A stretch of DNA of 61,791 nucleotides, the filler included, from Choristocarpus tenellus KU-1152 (lineage: Eukaryota > Protista > Phaeophyceae): assembly GCA_964200185.2 (NCBI GenBank). It is 10 parts of 10 records of this genome, joined end to end, with 100 filler letters (N's around TTAATTAATTAA, not from the genome) between each part and the next. Parts side by side here need not be neighbours in the genome. Positions count along the whole stretch, not along the records: positions 8,037 to 14,970 come from CAXNAD020007022.1; positions 15,071 to 18,870 come from CAXNAD020017853.1; positions 18,971 to 28,023 come from CAXNAD020004042.1; 7 more parts are not named here. One strand, given 5' to 3'. A program made the position numbers and the translations under genes. The notes under the pieces are model-generated. The model saw only the letters and a program-made list of their open reading frames with translations, was not told the DNA's origin and made no database searches. Positions within the stretch are counted from its first letter, which is position 1, and each line of letters starts with the position of its first letter. This document shows positions 12,007 to 26,130 of this stretch, in pieces.

Positions 12007-13678
12007 ATGACGGGATACATAGTGAGTTTTTTGTACTATCAAAGTCAATCTGGCAACCTCTATACTGACTGTATTGAACCCCTAAATACAATCTACCCTG
12101 ACTAACCTCATGCTCCTTGCATTTCTTCCTTCAATTGCTCTTTCCTCAGTTCCACGAGAGTTACATGTGGCACAATCCAGGGGATTTGGTGAGCAGCGGT
12201 TGTGCGTGGCTTGCAAAGGACTCTTGTCGTGTGTGGATGGTGTTCTGTATATATAGAGGTCATAATGGATAAGTTTTTGATCTTTCTCATGTTCGTTACT
12301 AATGCATCTAGAATTTTCATATATACATCAGTGGGTATAACTCATGCCTGTTATGTCACGAGACATGGCATACCCCACCTTGTTGACTTTAAAGTCCAAA
12401 GATTCTCTCGACTTCAGAGTTGTAACATAATCTATTGTTTTTGTACAATTCCCCATACCTCTCGTCTCTCCGTCCCCGCTTTGCCTTTGCGACGATTTTA
12501 TTTTCCCCTTGTGAAGTCATATGACCGTTGGGTCCAGCCTTGCCGTCACTGGGAACACCCTGACACTGAGCGCCGGTTGCACAATTTAGTCGTTGCGAGT
12601 GGCCTGCTAGAAAAGCTTCTGACAGTTCCTCCAAGGTTCGCAACAATGGAGGAATTATGCTGGTGAGAAAGTAGTCTAATCTGCTGACTCAAGTTTTCTT
12701 TCTAAATTAGTCCACAGCTTATCTTACCCTACCCGTTTCCCTTCTGCAAAACTGTTCCTTCCCCTCTCAGCTTGCCCAGAATATTTCCCATGACCTTACC
12801 TTCTCCTCTTTAACCTGACCCACTTGTATCCTCAGCTTGATCCCTTTGTGCCTTGGATGTCTCTTTACTAGATATCAAGCCAAATGCCGTCTCCTTTAGT
12901 GCCACCTATATTTCCGGTCCTATTCCAAACCTTACCGCCAGTCGTGACCACGATTCCGTACATGCCGTCCCCCTCCCCAACTTGATCGATCCCATGGCAG
13001 CTTCCACACCTCAGTCTAAGTAGATCACGTCAAGACACTAAGTGATGGTAGCGGGGGCTCAGTGGGAGAAGAAACATCCAGGGGTTTATCCCATTGCTAC
13101 TCTTGCTGCTGGTGGGGCCATAGCAGCGGTGCGGGTAGTGCCAATACCTGATACGAACATACCATTGCTTCGTCCCTCTACAATTTACTCCTGTATACAT
13201 ATCAGCAAAGTCGTACGTACACAGCCCTGAAAAAAGACTGCAGGTTATGACACTACACTTTTTATCCACCCCTTCTTCTACCGGTTGTCTGCCCTGAGGC
13301 TCCTCAAGGTCCCCAACCCTTGCGCCACCCCACCTTCTCAGGCCTCCCTCCCGGCCATGTTACTAGAATTCTTACCATTATTCCATGGTGCTGGCGTGTA
13401 TCAATGTGTGTGATGGATATGTACCTACTGCATCTGCATACTGAGTAAGCATTACCCATCCGAGCCCAAACCCCACTAATCAGTCTATCATCCCAAGGGT
13501 CGAAACGGCGACCCAGGTGTAGACCAACCCCTGCAACTGCGTACCTTATTGCCTGAGAGGCAATCTGATTTGATGCGCCAGCTTTAGCAGGCGCAAGATT
13601 ATGTCATATTGAAAACGAGGTCATTAAGCTCCCTTGAAACTCCCACACACCACATGCGTATAGATGCATATCTCTATG

Positions 13679-13731
<53 letters not shown>

Positions 13732-14158
13732 CTATATATATATATGCAGCAAATACCTATTAGTGCTATGCCCGGCATTTTGGGGAGAGATGGATGCTAT
13801 GGCTTTGAGTACAAGCAGTTTTCTCAGACCTTGCCTTGCCATGATTTCAATATCGCCAGGACATACATACATAGTCGGCACATCTATCTATAATTACATT
13901 TTCGAAGAATATTCACAGGGGCTGACCCCTCACCCACCTTCCCCCATCCCGCCCCTGTCTATGCAACGGTTAATGCATGCAAATATCCACCTCAACTTGT
14001 TCAAGGTGGATGCGGTGATGGAAGGATCATGCCGTAACGCTTACGCCCTTGTGCGCCCCCCAGGTCACCACGCCGTCAGTAACTCAGGGAAAGGGTTCTG
14101 TGTATTCAACAATGTTGTAGTTGCTGTGAAGCACGCCCTTAGAGCTTATCGTGACGAG
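12007..14158 (+). pseudogene. Class II-like histone deacetylase (HDA8/HDAH-type), disrupted; 3' part absent from the contig
   Basis: Exons 12007-12021 (alternative ATG at 11959), 12150-12188, 12517-12662, 13001-13128 and 14006-14158. They give MTGYI-FHESYMWHNPG..-WVQPCRHWEHPDTERRLHNL..-..-NAYALVRPPGHHA..GFCVFNN. Exon 4 has an in-frame TAA at 13017 and a frameshift near 13077. Confidence 0.8.
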
Positions 14159-14841
14159 GTAAAACATACTGCTTGCATGCGTGTGTGATACGACAAATGT
14201 GGATAGATTTTTAGTAATAAAATATATATATATATATTGATTTGTGTATGAGCTTTCTTAATTTTGGGTAACTGGCTGTTTTTGGTATAATGTGTATATA
14301 TTGGGTAAATACCATAGTAAGTTACCACTTTGGTATAGTTCTCAAGCATCAGGTAGAGAGTCCTGTCCTCTCATCGCCCCCCACCTCACCCCCCTGACAA
14401 TTGTTAATTGTTCACTATGCGAAGCAATTTTTTTCTTAATCGATTGACCGAGAACTGCTCTTGAGGTCACTCTTCATGATCCATCTCCACTGTATTGATT
14501 GAGACTTGTTATCGCTGTTATTTATATTAATCTCATTAAGCGTTTTATTTTTTTGTTACTTGCATTCATCAGAGATGTCCCACAGACCAGTGGTCAAAAG
14601 GTAGAGAAAAGGAAAGGGACAACACGATGTGGCCAAGGGTTGCACCCAACACCAAGACACTCCCCTCTAGCACACAGCCCACAGTGATGAAAACAGCCAT
14701 TTCGACCCACGATAGTCAAAGTGCATGAACTCCCCTGAAAATGATATGACACATAGGGTTAGGGTTATAAAGGGGTTTATGTGTGTCGAAACAGACACTA
14801 CTGCTTACTTCCTCACAATGGCGTACGGTGCTGTTTCTTAG

Positions 14842-14895
<54 letters not shown>

Positions 14896-15639
14896 CCAAC
14901 ACCCCACCAACAACCCAACAAACACGGGGCAACGGAGAGGGATGCCTCTCACCACCCCCCCCCTTCAACANNNNNNNNNNNNNNNNNNNNNNNNNNNNNN
15001 NNNNNNNNNNNNNNTTAATTAATTAANNNNNNNNNNNNNNNNNNNNNNNNNNNNNNNNNNNNNNNNNNNNCCCCCCCCCCCCCCCCCCCCCCCCCAGATA
15101 CTTTGACGCCTAACCCTAACCCAAAGCTACAACATCAGTGAAACGATACTCTCCAAGTCTACATTAAAAAAAAAAACTTAGGTCAATGCGCAAGAGTAAA
15201 CACTAAAATACATAAACAAAAAAGTATTTTTAATCTTCACAAAAAAAAAAAAAAGAATTAAAAGAAACGTAAATAATGTTCCGACCGCTGCAGAGAAAAA
15301 AAATTCTCCTACAGGGAAAAAAAAAAAGAATCAACACAGAACGCTCCAGCCCAAACAAACAAACAAACAAACAAACAAACAAACAAACAAAAAATCCTCC
15401 ATATAAGACCCCTTCAAAACAACAAAAACAAGCCCTCGAGTGAAAATATATCACACAACCAAAAACAACGCCTCCCGACTCCATAATAACAAAACAAAAC
15501 AAAAAACACACACACACACACAACAACAATAACAACAACAACAACAACAACAACCACCACAAGAAGAGCAAAATCAAATCGCCTTCTTCCATCCTCTACA
15601 AAAAAATAAAAATAAAAATAAAAATCTTCTCCTTCTCAC

Positions 15640-17631
15640 CGCATGCCTCAATAGGCTTGCAGATCATAGGGTACGCCAACCCCGAACTGGAAACTTTCCG
15701 TCCCAGTGCTTCAAGGTCCCTGCACTCCGAATATGCCTCTTGGTCAAGGACCATGAAGTGGGGTGGCCGGGGCATGCCCCCTGCAGAGCCGTACTTCTGA
15801 TAGGCACACCTCAACAACTAACAGGACAAAAGTGGGGTATATTTCAAACAAACAAACAATTAAAACAAACAAAAAATGGTGTAACACACAAGAACAAGAG
15901 GAATCAGGACATTCCGGAGGACACAAACAGAGGGATAGATCCAACCAATCACAAAAGCACAGGCCGCGCCAAGAATGAGGGGGTACGCACCAATCAAATA
16001 GCTTGGTTCGTGACGTGGACCAGTAAGACTTTAGGATACATTCTTGCCCCCTTTGACCTTTCCCCCCTCCCCCCCTCACTCATTTATTCCGACCAACCCT
16101 AATATCCCTGCAAGTCACTCATGAATCCAAATGAAGTCGTTCAGGAAGACAGTACAGGAGAAAGTGTGGTGTTCAAGAAAAGTCATCTGTGCGCTCAGTG
16201 TCTCAAACAAGCACACAACAACAAATAGACACACAAACACACACACACACATATATATATACACATTTATATTGAACAAAGTGTACAACCCATGGATCAT
16301 ATGACCACTTGGCATCACCTCCTGACTTGCTAACTTGTGCAGTCATCCACATAACAAAAGGGGTTGGGAGACAACCGCTCAATTCAAACCAACTTTTCAC
16401 AGATCTTAACACTTCACCCAATCACAAAGCTTGACCCTGTATTGACCCATAACAACCCTAACCCCTCCAACCCCTCCAATTTCCCTAATCACAGAAGATA
16501 ACTCCAACCCTCACTTACAATGCACAATTTGCTACAAAATCCATTAACCAACCCAAGCAAGATCTAAGAATGGGTACTCAAAGTCATCTAGTGAGCAGTT
16601 CTTACCTGTTCTAATCAATCAGTATACAAAATGTGAGCTACAATACAATGATACCACAAGCGAATCAGGGAACACCACCACTTTCCAAATAAAATAAAAT
16701 AAACTTTCACCATCCAACACCCACCTCCAAAACATACCATCACAGAGCCCTAACCCTAACACTCCGGTTGAGTAAAACCCAAACATAACATAAAGACACA
16801 TACATACATCCCAATGAAACTTCAAGTTCAAGCCACCAAACCACCCCATTGCCTTGTTCTTCACAAGACTCAATTCCAGTCCCATACCTATTTAACCCAA
16901 GACCTGTCTCGAGGTCCTCCCAACAACAGACCAATTCGCCCATCATGACATGTACTTGCCTTGAGAGTGTCTACCCTGTTTATGACGTGTGCCACTTTTT
17001 CAATGGGATCCACCATGGACGTGCCAGGGTTGGAGGCCACGTAATCTTCAATGAGTTGGAGCCGACGGTCACTCTCAACTCGCGTTTCCCTAGTAAATTT
17101 AAAAAAATAAAATATAAAATAAAAAAAGGATTAAAAATATATATATATCATCGTGGGGACAAGCACAAATCTCACTTGCAATTATACTGCACTTTTTTCT
17201 TAATCCCTCCACTCCCGTACATATTAAAAGATTAGAAAACAAAAAAATAACGATACAACCCACTCAAAAAAAAAAGCGAAATATTACTACAGCTCTACTA
17301 TTGCACCGTTCTATAAAACCAGAAAAAAAATACATCAAAAAAACCCTCTCCTTCCCCCTCTCCTTCCCACTCTCCTTCCCACTCTCTTCCCCCAAGAAAA
17401 CCTACAAACACAAATAATGGGAGTCCATTCGAAAACCACGATGACAAACCTATACATAACATCTTCTGACAGCTTGTGAAGGATGATATCCACTCGAGGA
17501 TAACCCCCTTCCACTGCAGGTGCTCCCTCCCCATCAGCACCGCCTCCCAATATCAAATTCCCCTGTTCCAAACTCCTATTTAGATCTAAGGGGCGAAACT
17601 CCACCCCATCTAGTACACCCTTGGGCATGAC
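15640..17631 (-). CDS. ITPK1: Inositol-tetrakisphosphate 1-kinase (ITPK1 family), internal exons
   Basis: Exons 17631-17450 (VEFRPLDLNRSL...DIILHKLSED), 17089-16960 (LIEDYVASNPGTSMVDPIEKVAHVINR) and 15817-15640 (PPHFMV...YPMICKPIEACG). These are typical ITPK1 motifs and the phases are compatible. Confidence 0.85.
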
Positions 17632-17769
17632 CTTCTCATCAGTCAAGGGGAAAAGGGAAGCCAGGGGTGGGGGCAGAGACAGCCGCTTGTCACAAGGGAG
17701 AGTAACATCAACAAAAACAGTCGCTGTAATGGAACACCTGCTTCTTTTCAGAGTTTGGTCAAAACCACT

Positions 17770-17985
17770 AACACATACTTACACAAAAACTTACACCTAT
17801 ATACTTACGCAAAAATACTTGAACTTACATACCTACACAAAAATAATTATACTTACACACCTACACAAAAATAATTATACTTACATACCTACACAAAAAT
17901 ACTTATACCTATATACTTATACTTATATACTTACACAAAAATACTTATACCTATATACTTATACAAATATACTTACACAAAAAAT
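17770..17985. repeat. Degenerate AT-rich minisatellite (atacttacacaaaaatacttatacct-like, ~28 bp)
   Basis: The unit acttacacaaaaa/tacttatacctat is repeated about 7 times. Confidence 0.7.
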
Positions 17986-18109
17986 GAAACACGTATTTCA
18001 AGTACCACGAGAACAGAGTACACAACAGACTTTTCTCGCTGTAGCCTCTTCACACATCGAGGACAAGATCAAGGCCAAAATTGACACGGTGCAAGACTCG
18101 TGACATCAA

Positions 18110-18148
<39 letters not shown>

Positions 18149-19009
18149 AAATAAATATATAAATAAAATATACATAAAAATAAAATACATATGTAAAGAA
18201 AATATATATATATATATCTTGTGCATTACGTGGCAATTTTCTCACGAGGTAAACCCAGATCCCAGCCCAAGATTTAAAAAAATACTTACACATCACAACA
18301 ACAGAAATAAATCTACATATACAAAATTAATCTGCAAAATGATAAAAAAAAATTCCAGCCCGCCAGACAAGGCACATCAAGTCACGGCCCATCATTTGCT
18401 TAAAGGATGGTCAAAAAAAAATGTAAGCCCAAGTGTCAGGAGGAACAATAACATGGACTGGACAAAAACACAACAGCGGGGGATGCTATAACAAACAAAT
18501 CTAATCTAAGGGTTATGATTACTATCTTCACCAAACCAGATACTTTGACCCAATCTAAGATGACTCCGTGAGCAAAGAGAGATGCATCAGAAACGCTTAA
18601 ATCCATGGATCAGGGAGGGATAGACAACGGGGTCATAGGCTCTGTACAACCATGTGCATGCAGCACTTTAAAACACATCCAAAAAACAAGCAACATCATC
18701 AAAGCAACCATAAAAGTCAACCATGCTGCTAGAGCAACCTGTTACACGTGTCTGAAAAACACGGGCTAACCTCTACGCAAAGGGATACGTATCTGGGGTG
18801 TGCGGCAACCACTTCCAATACGACAGTTACAAGCCATTGACATCAACTTGGTTGCCCCCTCCCCCCCCCCNNNNNNNNNNNNNNNNNNNNNNNNNNNNNN
18901 NNNNNNNNNNNNNNTTAATTAATTAANNNNNNNNNNNNNNNNNNNNNNNNNNNNNNNNNNNNNNNNNNNNTTTTTTTGTGGTGTGCTCGTGTTTGTGGTG
19001 GGGGTGTGG

Positions 19010-19182
19010 GGGGGGGGGGATTGCAGCTGTCCATTCAGGGCCCATTTTTTATATGACACGATTATTGGATTAATCTGGTTGCATGTGTCAGATGGATACT
19101 GTAAGTGAACTTTTCCTGATCAGGGACCAAATGGACACCCTGGTGTAGACCCTCCCCTCCCCACCCCAAGAGACTTTGAGCC
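19010..19182. mobile_element. MITE subfamily A copy
   Basis: G tract, then gctgtccattcaggg...aaatggacaccctggtgtagac...ccaagagactttgagcc. Confidence 0.75.
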
Positions 19183-21316
19183 TGTGTGAGCGTCTATCTC
19201 TCTGTGGTCCTCCGTTAAGTCTGGGCAGGAACAAACCAATACGGGCTGAGCAGGCCGGGAAAATTCATGATGTATTTAGAAAACCGATACCTACAGTATC
19301 TTCAAAGCATTAACAGAAACCATATCCTCGCTTTGTATGTATCAACAAATAGTGCAAAACCGATGGAAGTATCAAAACATTGTATTTCCAAAAATATGCC
19401 TATACACCAACATACTCTATTGTACATATGAACGGGGCTGGGGGCAGTTTGTAGGGAAAGTCTCAGGTCTTTACCCGACTCTTATGTACGCCATGCAATA
19501 TTTACATGATGGGCTATGTTAGCAAACAAGGACGGTATGTAGTACAATACTGTGTGTCAGGCTAGGGGAGGGCTAGGACAAGTTGCTACGTGTGGTCAAC
19601 AACAATTAGATGGAGTTTGGTGCATAGATACTCGGAGTTCCCAAACCCAACTCAAGTCCACTACACAAGGAAGAACAACAGTAACCCGAACCCTAACCCC
19701 AAAATAACATTAAGTCATAAAACGGTGCCAAGATACTAGAGTATAAATTCACTTTGGTGTGCCCCAGAACCATTAACGTTACTGACACCGTGCATGTTTC
19801 TGGTACACTCTTCACTTTGCAACTGCTAAAAACTCCACGATAGTTACACAGTGTTCGTCTTTATACCTATCAGTTCTTGCCCCAAGCGTTATCCCTTTTC
19901 TTTTCTACCACCACACCCAAGGTGTGGTGTACCAAGCACCTTCACTGTTGTTGCTTATTTGCATCACCACGATGACCAATATGTGGCAAAGAGAAGTAGT
20001 GTCAAAGTAGTGCATTCGTACCAACAGGAGAACAGATTCAACACAAAAGAAATGTCAAACTGTTGCCTCATACAGAGTACAGCAGGGAATTTGTGGTGTG
20101 TGTGCGTGTATGTGTGTGTGTGTGTGCTATGATCAGTTGTCAATTTCAAGTTCCAGTAGATAATTCAGGTAACACAACTCTAACGTAAAATCGACAATCA
20201 CTGTGACAAGGAAGACAAAGGAGCAAGAGTTGGCGAAGTACTCAGATGAGAATACTTCCTGTTGTTCAGACAGAGAGAAGATGCAGCAGGTGGTGACAAG
20301 AGTGAGGAACAATTACAATTTCATCGACTACTAGGATTGGCTGACACTTACCCCAGATAACAACCGTGAATGCAATATGGTCATGCCTTTACATCACTCG
20401 ATGTTGGGGCTAATGGGTGCAATCACCAGTACACTATGGAAAAGGTTAAATTATCTTTCTTACTTTGAGATATGGGGACAGTTGTTGCAAAAAACCTGGT
20501 GAGGGTGCAATACATCAACAGCAGGGGGTGAAATATTTTCTCGCAGGATTAAAGAGGTATTCGACTTCACTTGTAAGCGACAAGGGACAAAAATCGAGCC
20601 CAAGCACACACTATACCTCCTACAACATGGACTTCGGGGCCATTGATTTTCACAGAGTAACAGTTAAGAAAGCTGCATTTGGGTGCAATGCAGTGAAATA
20701 CTTCAACAAAAATCGAATGGGCGGCTTCACGTAACTTTCTATCTTGCGATGAACTAGACAAGACAAGCCGTATGACGAGATGCAACCTAGATGTGGTTTA
20801 CACCAGACTGTTTATGGCAAACTAGCTTCACGACTACTCAACTACAACTCTGCAAAATTTAGGGCCTATTCCGAACACAAAAGTTGAGTTCACCACCAAA
20901 TACACCAGCATGTAAGAGATTCTGTGATCATCTGCATGTAGGCTTGCAATGAGGAGGCAACTCGAGGAACACTCCACGTGTGCCGTAGTGTCTCCATGAT
21001 GCCAACCCACTCTCTGCAATAGCCCTCCCCTATTTGAATGCTTGATTGCCACTCCTAGAACGAGCTGTCCGCTGCAAAGTCAACCACGTTTCAAAATGGA
21101 CCAATCCTTCCTCACCAACATGTACTACATTATCGCCCAAAATTCCCTTGTTGCCTTCATTTTGTATGCTCTCACTGCTGGCTTACATCGAAGGGTACAA
21201 AAAACCATCTCCAATTGTGTATGTCCCTTCTGCACTTGGGCAGACGATAACGCAAGTAAATACTGTCTTCCATTGACGAGGATCAAGCATCAGACCTCGA
21301 CAAGCTACCATCTCAC

Positions 21317-21604
21317 CTCAAGCGTTATCTCTGCCTGACTTGAAACACTCTCTGCGGAACTTCCTTGATCGGCACCACTACTACGATCTATCCCCGACCT
21401 GGAGCTGCCACCGTTTCCACCGTCCTTGATCACATCTCCTCCGACCAAGACTGGACCGAGAGGTAGGGTCGAGACAACACCCTTGCTAACATCCGAGGCC
21501 ACAATTTTGCTCGCAAAAGCTGCAGGGTCAAAGCTCCTCTCGGTAAATTCTTTGAAGATGGAATCATCCTTGATCCGGTGGAGAAGTTCAGGCGCAGGCT
21601 CCAT
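21317..21604 (-). CDS. COG5: Probable conserved oligomeric Golgi complex subunit 5, first exon
   Basis: MEPAPELLHRIKDDSIFKEFTERSFDPAAFASKIV... resembles the COG5 N-terminal F...FD...FAS motif. The exon ends at a GAG|gtgaga donor. Downstream exons were not identified. Confidence 0.55.
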
Positions 21605-21949
21605 CACTCTTGGCGTCTCGTTCTTGTCCTTAAGCAATGTTCGAAAGGAGTACTACTGTCGCGCGATAGTGCAACATTGCGCGAGCGAGCGCTGAAAGGA
21701 TTGGATATGGGATATGGATATTATTGGGTTTCACATAGCTTCGGAGGGCAAAGCAGGAATCCCACCCACTCCCATTTGAACACATCCACCATCTCATGCG
21801 TGCCAAGGCGGAGGAGAGGGATATTATTGCTCTCAAAGAGGTGATGATATACTTTGTGTGATTGCTTCCTTGCGCGTAGGTTTATCTACAATTGTGCGGT
21901 TCTAGCTCAGGTCGAGCGATCGAAAGGGGCGTCTGAGGGAGTGAGCGTG

Positions 21950-24900
21950 ATGGCGACTCAGGGCAATCAAGCGGGACTTGATGACATCGAGGAAGACGAG
22001 CTCGACTTTGAAATGAATCTGAGGGATGATTTGAAGTTCAAGAACCTGATTTCTTTTGATGTGCAAGGAGCGGCTATTCGTCAGGAGGAGGACTTTGGTT
22101 TGCTATTGGGCGTAGCCTCTGTTGATCGCTTCGGGCTAATCCTCGTCTTGGCCGGCAATGGTAAGGCATGAACCTAGTGAGGGTACAGGGATAAGGATGG
22201 ATTGATTTTTGGGGACATTTCTTAACTGGTAGGATATGGCATGAGGAGGTTAAAGTGGCCTTTGTAATATTGCAAGTTCTGTCATATTTCTTCAGCGAAA
22301 GAGAAGTAACCAGGAGAGTATGTGCTCTAGGTAGTAAGTAAACCACAGTATGCTACTACCACTACTTGCTGGGAGTTAATCGGAGGTACAACTGGTCTGA
22401 CCTCCAGGGCACCCCTCTCCAGCCGTTTCCCTTTGTTTCAAATCCTGTTCGATAGCTTAGGACATGCGTGTCTTCGCGTTGAGACGCTTTCATGACTCTG
22501 CTAAGTAGCGATCTTGCCGAATCCTTACCCCATCAAGATAGTAGGATCAGGCTGAGTACATGAGATTTCCTCACAGTGCTGACTGTGCTGCAATTTGAGC
22601 TTGCGCAAGTTCTCGCAAATGACGTTACTAGCATCCCTTTTCTGGACTGTTGCATTCCCGTTCATGCCATGCCGGTGTGGTGTCACTTTCATCGGTCCCC
22701 AATTTTCTGTGGATACCCTTTCTTAGGACACAGCTCGTATTGCGGAACTAAATTGTTGCCTGTCGAACATCCTGATGACATGACGAGTGATATGCTGTAG
22801 TGTAGGTGAAAGTTACGGTGATCGAAAGTTAAGTCAGTCATAGGAGGAGCATATATATCGACGTTGGTCAAGCTAAGGCAAACGTGAGGACCATATCGGG
22901 GATTTGCACCTTTTGCCTGATGTGAACTTTCGCGATCGCTTAATAACGGCCATGGGAAGGCCCACATTCAAGTCAATTGTGTCCAAGTTGATTATATTGA
23001 TTCCATTGTTTCTCACAAGATTTCTTTGCCTAGGTGCCTTGTTAAAGAAGCTAATGTTCCCAAGACTTGTGCATATATGTGTGTATATATATATATTCTT
23101 CGGAACACAAACACGATCTCTTCCATCCTTAGATTGTTCCTTACAGAATCTTCTTTTACACGTGAATGAAAAGAATATATTTGACATGCCTTCTCTAGTG
23201 CTCAGATAATCCCAAGATCCATTTCAGGACTACACCACATAAGGATGAAAAGCGATTTGATGAACAGCTACTCCTTTCAACCTTTGTGCAATAGAACCAG
23301 AACTCAAGAGTAATAATGAAGCAGGATCCCAGCAATTCATTCTTCCCCATTAGTTAGAATGTATTTGATGTGCTGGTATGATACCTCAGGTTGAATTGCC
23401 TCTCCGCAGATTCTTCCAGTGTTTATTCATGAAATAGGGTAAGGGGTAGTCGCAGAACCTCCCAACTGAGATTGCAACCAGATCATTTTCTCCAAGCATG
23501 CTGAGAAACAAAACTTGCGCTTGGCAGTTAGTAGGATGGGGCACACCACATTGCTGTTTTTATCTTGTTCTGTCATATCACCCCACCAACATTTCATCAA
23601 AGGTAGTTCATATTTTGAAGTACTACAGAGTACCTTTATTTTTCATATTTTCGCCCAAACCATGGAACTCAAGAGGAGTTCAATACATTCGCTTTGCTCT
23701 TTTTAATTTCACTATGATACATCTCGTAGGCCTGGGCGGGTCTTTGTGAGGCGAGGAAAATTTCAAATTTCCAAGGTCCAAAGATAGCCATTCTTTCGGT
23801 GGATGGTTTCTTTTTTCAAGTTTTTAGTCTTCTAGTTTATTCTGAATAATATAGGAAGAGAAAGAGGTGTAGTAGACTGTGAATAATACATGTAGTTTTA
23901 GTGCATACATCCCTGGTCTATTCATGTATGAAGAGAAGTTCAGGTTCGTGGTCCTAATAAAAGTAGCCATGTCATTACCACCAACCAGGCTTCAGATGTT
24001 AGCATTGTGCACCCAACTATACCCCCTTCACTACTTGTGTATTCTGAGTTCGAATGATACCCAGTAAGAATCATAATGTTCTTGAAAAAGGTAAAAAATA
24101 TCCCCATCTTCTGTTTTCGGCATATGAACTCCAAGTCATTTTTTGCCAAGCCTCAGTGCTCTCTGAAATATTGAGGTTCAAGCATTGTTTGTGGATACAT
24201 GGCTACCTTGTCCTTGTTGCCTTTTGATCCATTTTATATAGGCAGCTGTATTTGATAGAATATTCAGGAATTGCTGTTGTAGCATTTTTTTCCCGAACCT
24301 GTGGCAAAATTTCTGAGAAGATTTTTTAAAAGATAACATCGTCATTTCGTTCCTTCTGGGACGGCACCCATACCATTCATTCCAAGATTTTAGTGCCTAT
24401 GTCCAAAACACAACGCTTTGAGAATTTCTTTTTCCGCAGCATCATCATTGAAGTTGATGAAGTAGAAAAGAGAGTATGTGGTTCCTTCTTTGAAACCCGC
24501 CACCATTCCACCCCATCAATCCCATATTACCATCCAACCCAAGATTTGACTCTGCTTAAGCCTATTCTTCATCCTCCCTGACTTGCAGTCACTCCCTACC
24601 TTCACCATGCCCTTCTGCTGCAACTTCAATCCCAAATCAAACCTCAAATATTGCTCTCCCCCTCTCCCCCTCCTTCCATATTGGATATATACATAAATAA
24701 TAACAAGATGTTGTTATTGTCAGTGTTGAAGAGGTTGTGGAGGCATTGAATAGCCCAGGTGAAAGGAGATCTGAAAAGCTGCCGGAACGGGCACGTGTTG
24801 GTCTTGAAGGACAATCCAAGACCATCGCAGTTTCTCATGACAACATGCTCGTGGCTGTGGCTGTGGGGAACAAGGTAGATTTGCTTTATTGTCAGAAGGT

Positions 24901-26130
24901 GTTTTTACTCTTTCACTAAATTGGCGGGGGAGGGTGGGGGGGGTGTGGAGGTGTGAATGAAGACTTTCCAGATGAGAGACACTCTCAGAAATCTAAATGC
25001 TCAGGATTCTGAATGTGGGACCTTAGCCCTCTTCATCACGTAGTCTTTGTATGCACATGAAAGGCAAAGCTTATTCCTCCAGGTGGATGTCTGTGATCTT
25101 TTGTAATTTACCATGATGTTGTCACAGTTCTACCTTACTCTGGTGTGTGTGGTGGAGTTTTGCAGCCCTTCCCCCCTGCTGTTGGTTCTATGTGCTCTTT
25201 CTCCCTCATAGTGGGTGCAAACCTACCAGTCCATGTTTTCGCTCCCCTTGATACCTCAAGAGCCGATTGCGTCCTCATTTTGAGAAAGGACCTGCGCATG
25301 GCATTCTGTGTGTACTAACTCAGCGAAACCATCTAAGAGGGGGGTTGATTTTGGTTCTTTGAGTTTGAAGACCTCTTAAGCCTTGTGGAATATACACCAT
25401 ACCCATAGTTGAAATTCATATAGCCCCCTCTTAAGGGTGTAGTTGTAGAATATATTTTATTTAATACTTTGTTAGCCAAAAGCACCCTTCAAATTGCAGT
25501 CATAGGGACCCATAAGACTCATCAACACTCCCCCTATCGGATGGTATCAGTCCACTAATGATACCATCGATCATGTTTTGTTGCTGCCTAGTATCACAAG
25601 TTCATAATCCACCTTCTATTGTCATGTTTCATCTCTCATCGAACCTACGCATCTCTGTATGTTACTGTTTTCAGGTCAAAGTGTTGGACACTCAGGCTTT
25701 GGTACTCCAGGGGAAGGCTTTGCTTCGTGCGGTGGTAGATGCCGGACCTGAAACCTTCGTGCCAACTGCTGTCACCCTTGCCTGGTCCCCAGAAACTAGC
25801 GAAGGGGGTGGGAGAGAGGATGAGGGACAACGTCTTGTTGTGATTCGATCTGATGGAGGGGCATCTGTTACTAGCTTTGGGGCTGGGGCAGGGACTCCTG
25901 GAGACAGAGATGGTGGCGGTAGGGAGAAAAGTTCGACAAAGGATATCGGAAACATGGACTTCACCGCTTGTTGTTGGAGTGAGGGTGGAAGCGAGAGTGG
26001 GGGGGAGGGTGGGAGGAGAGGAGCTTCATTGGTGCTAGGGACCAAAGGTGGGGATGTTATTTTGCTGGGTCAGGGTTATGGGTCGCAGCAGCTTACCCCT
26101 CGTCCAGAAGGGGTGGAGGAAGGAGAAGAG
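21950..26130 (+). CDS. NUP214: Probable nucleoporin Nup214/Nup159-like N-terminal beta-propeller (first three exons)
   Basis: Phase-compatible exons 21950-22160, 24708-24874 and 25675-26130. Features: acidic N-terminus, LKFKNL..FD, ASVDRFGLILV, IAVSHDNMLVAV, LAWSP, FTACCWS...LVLGTKGG. The gene structure is solid; the identity is inferred from motif resemblance. Confidence 0.55.
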
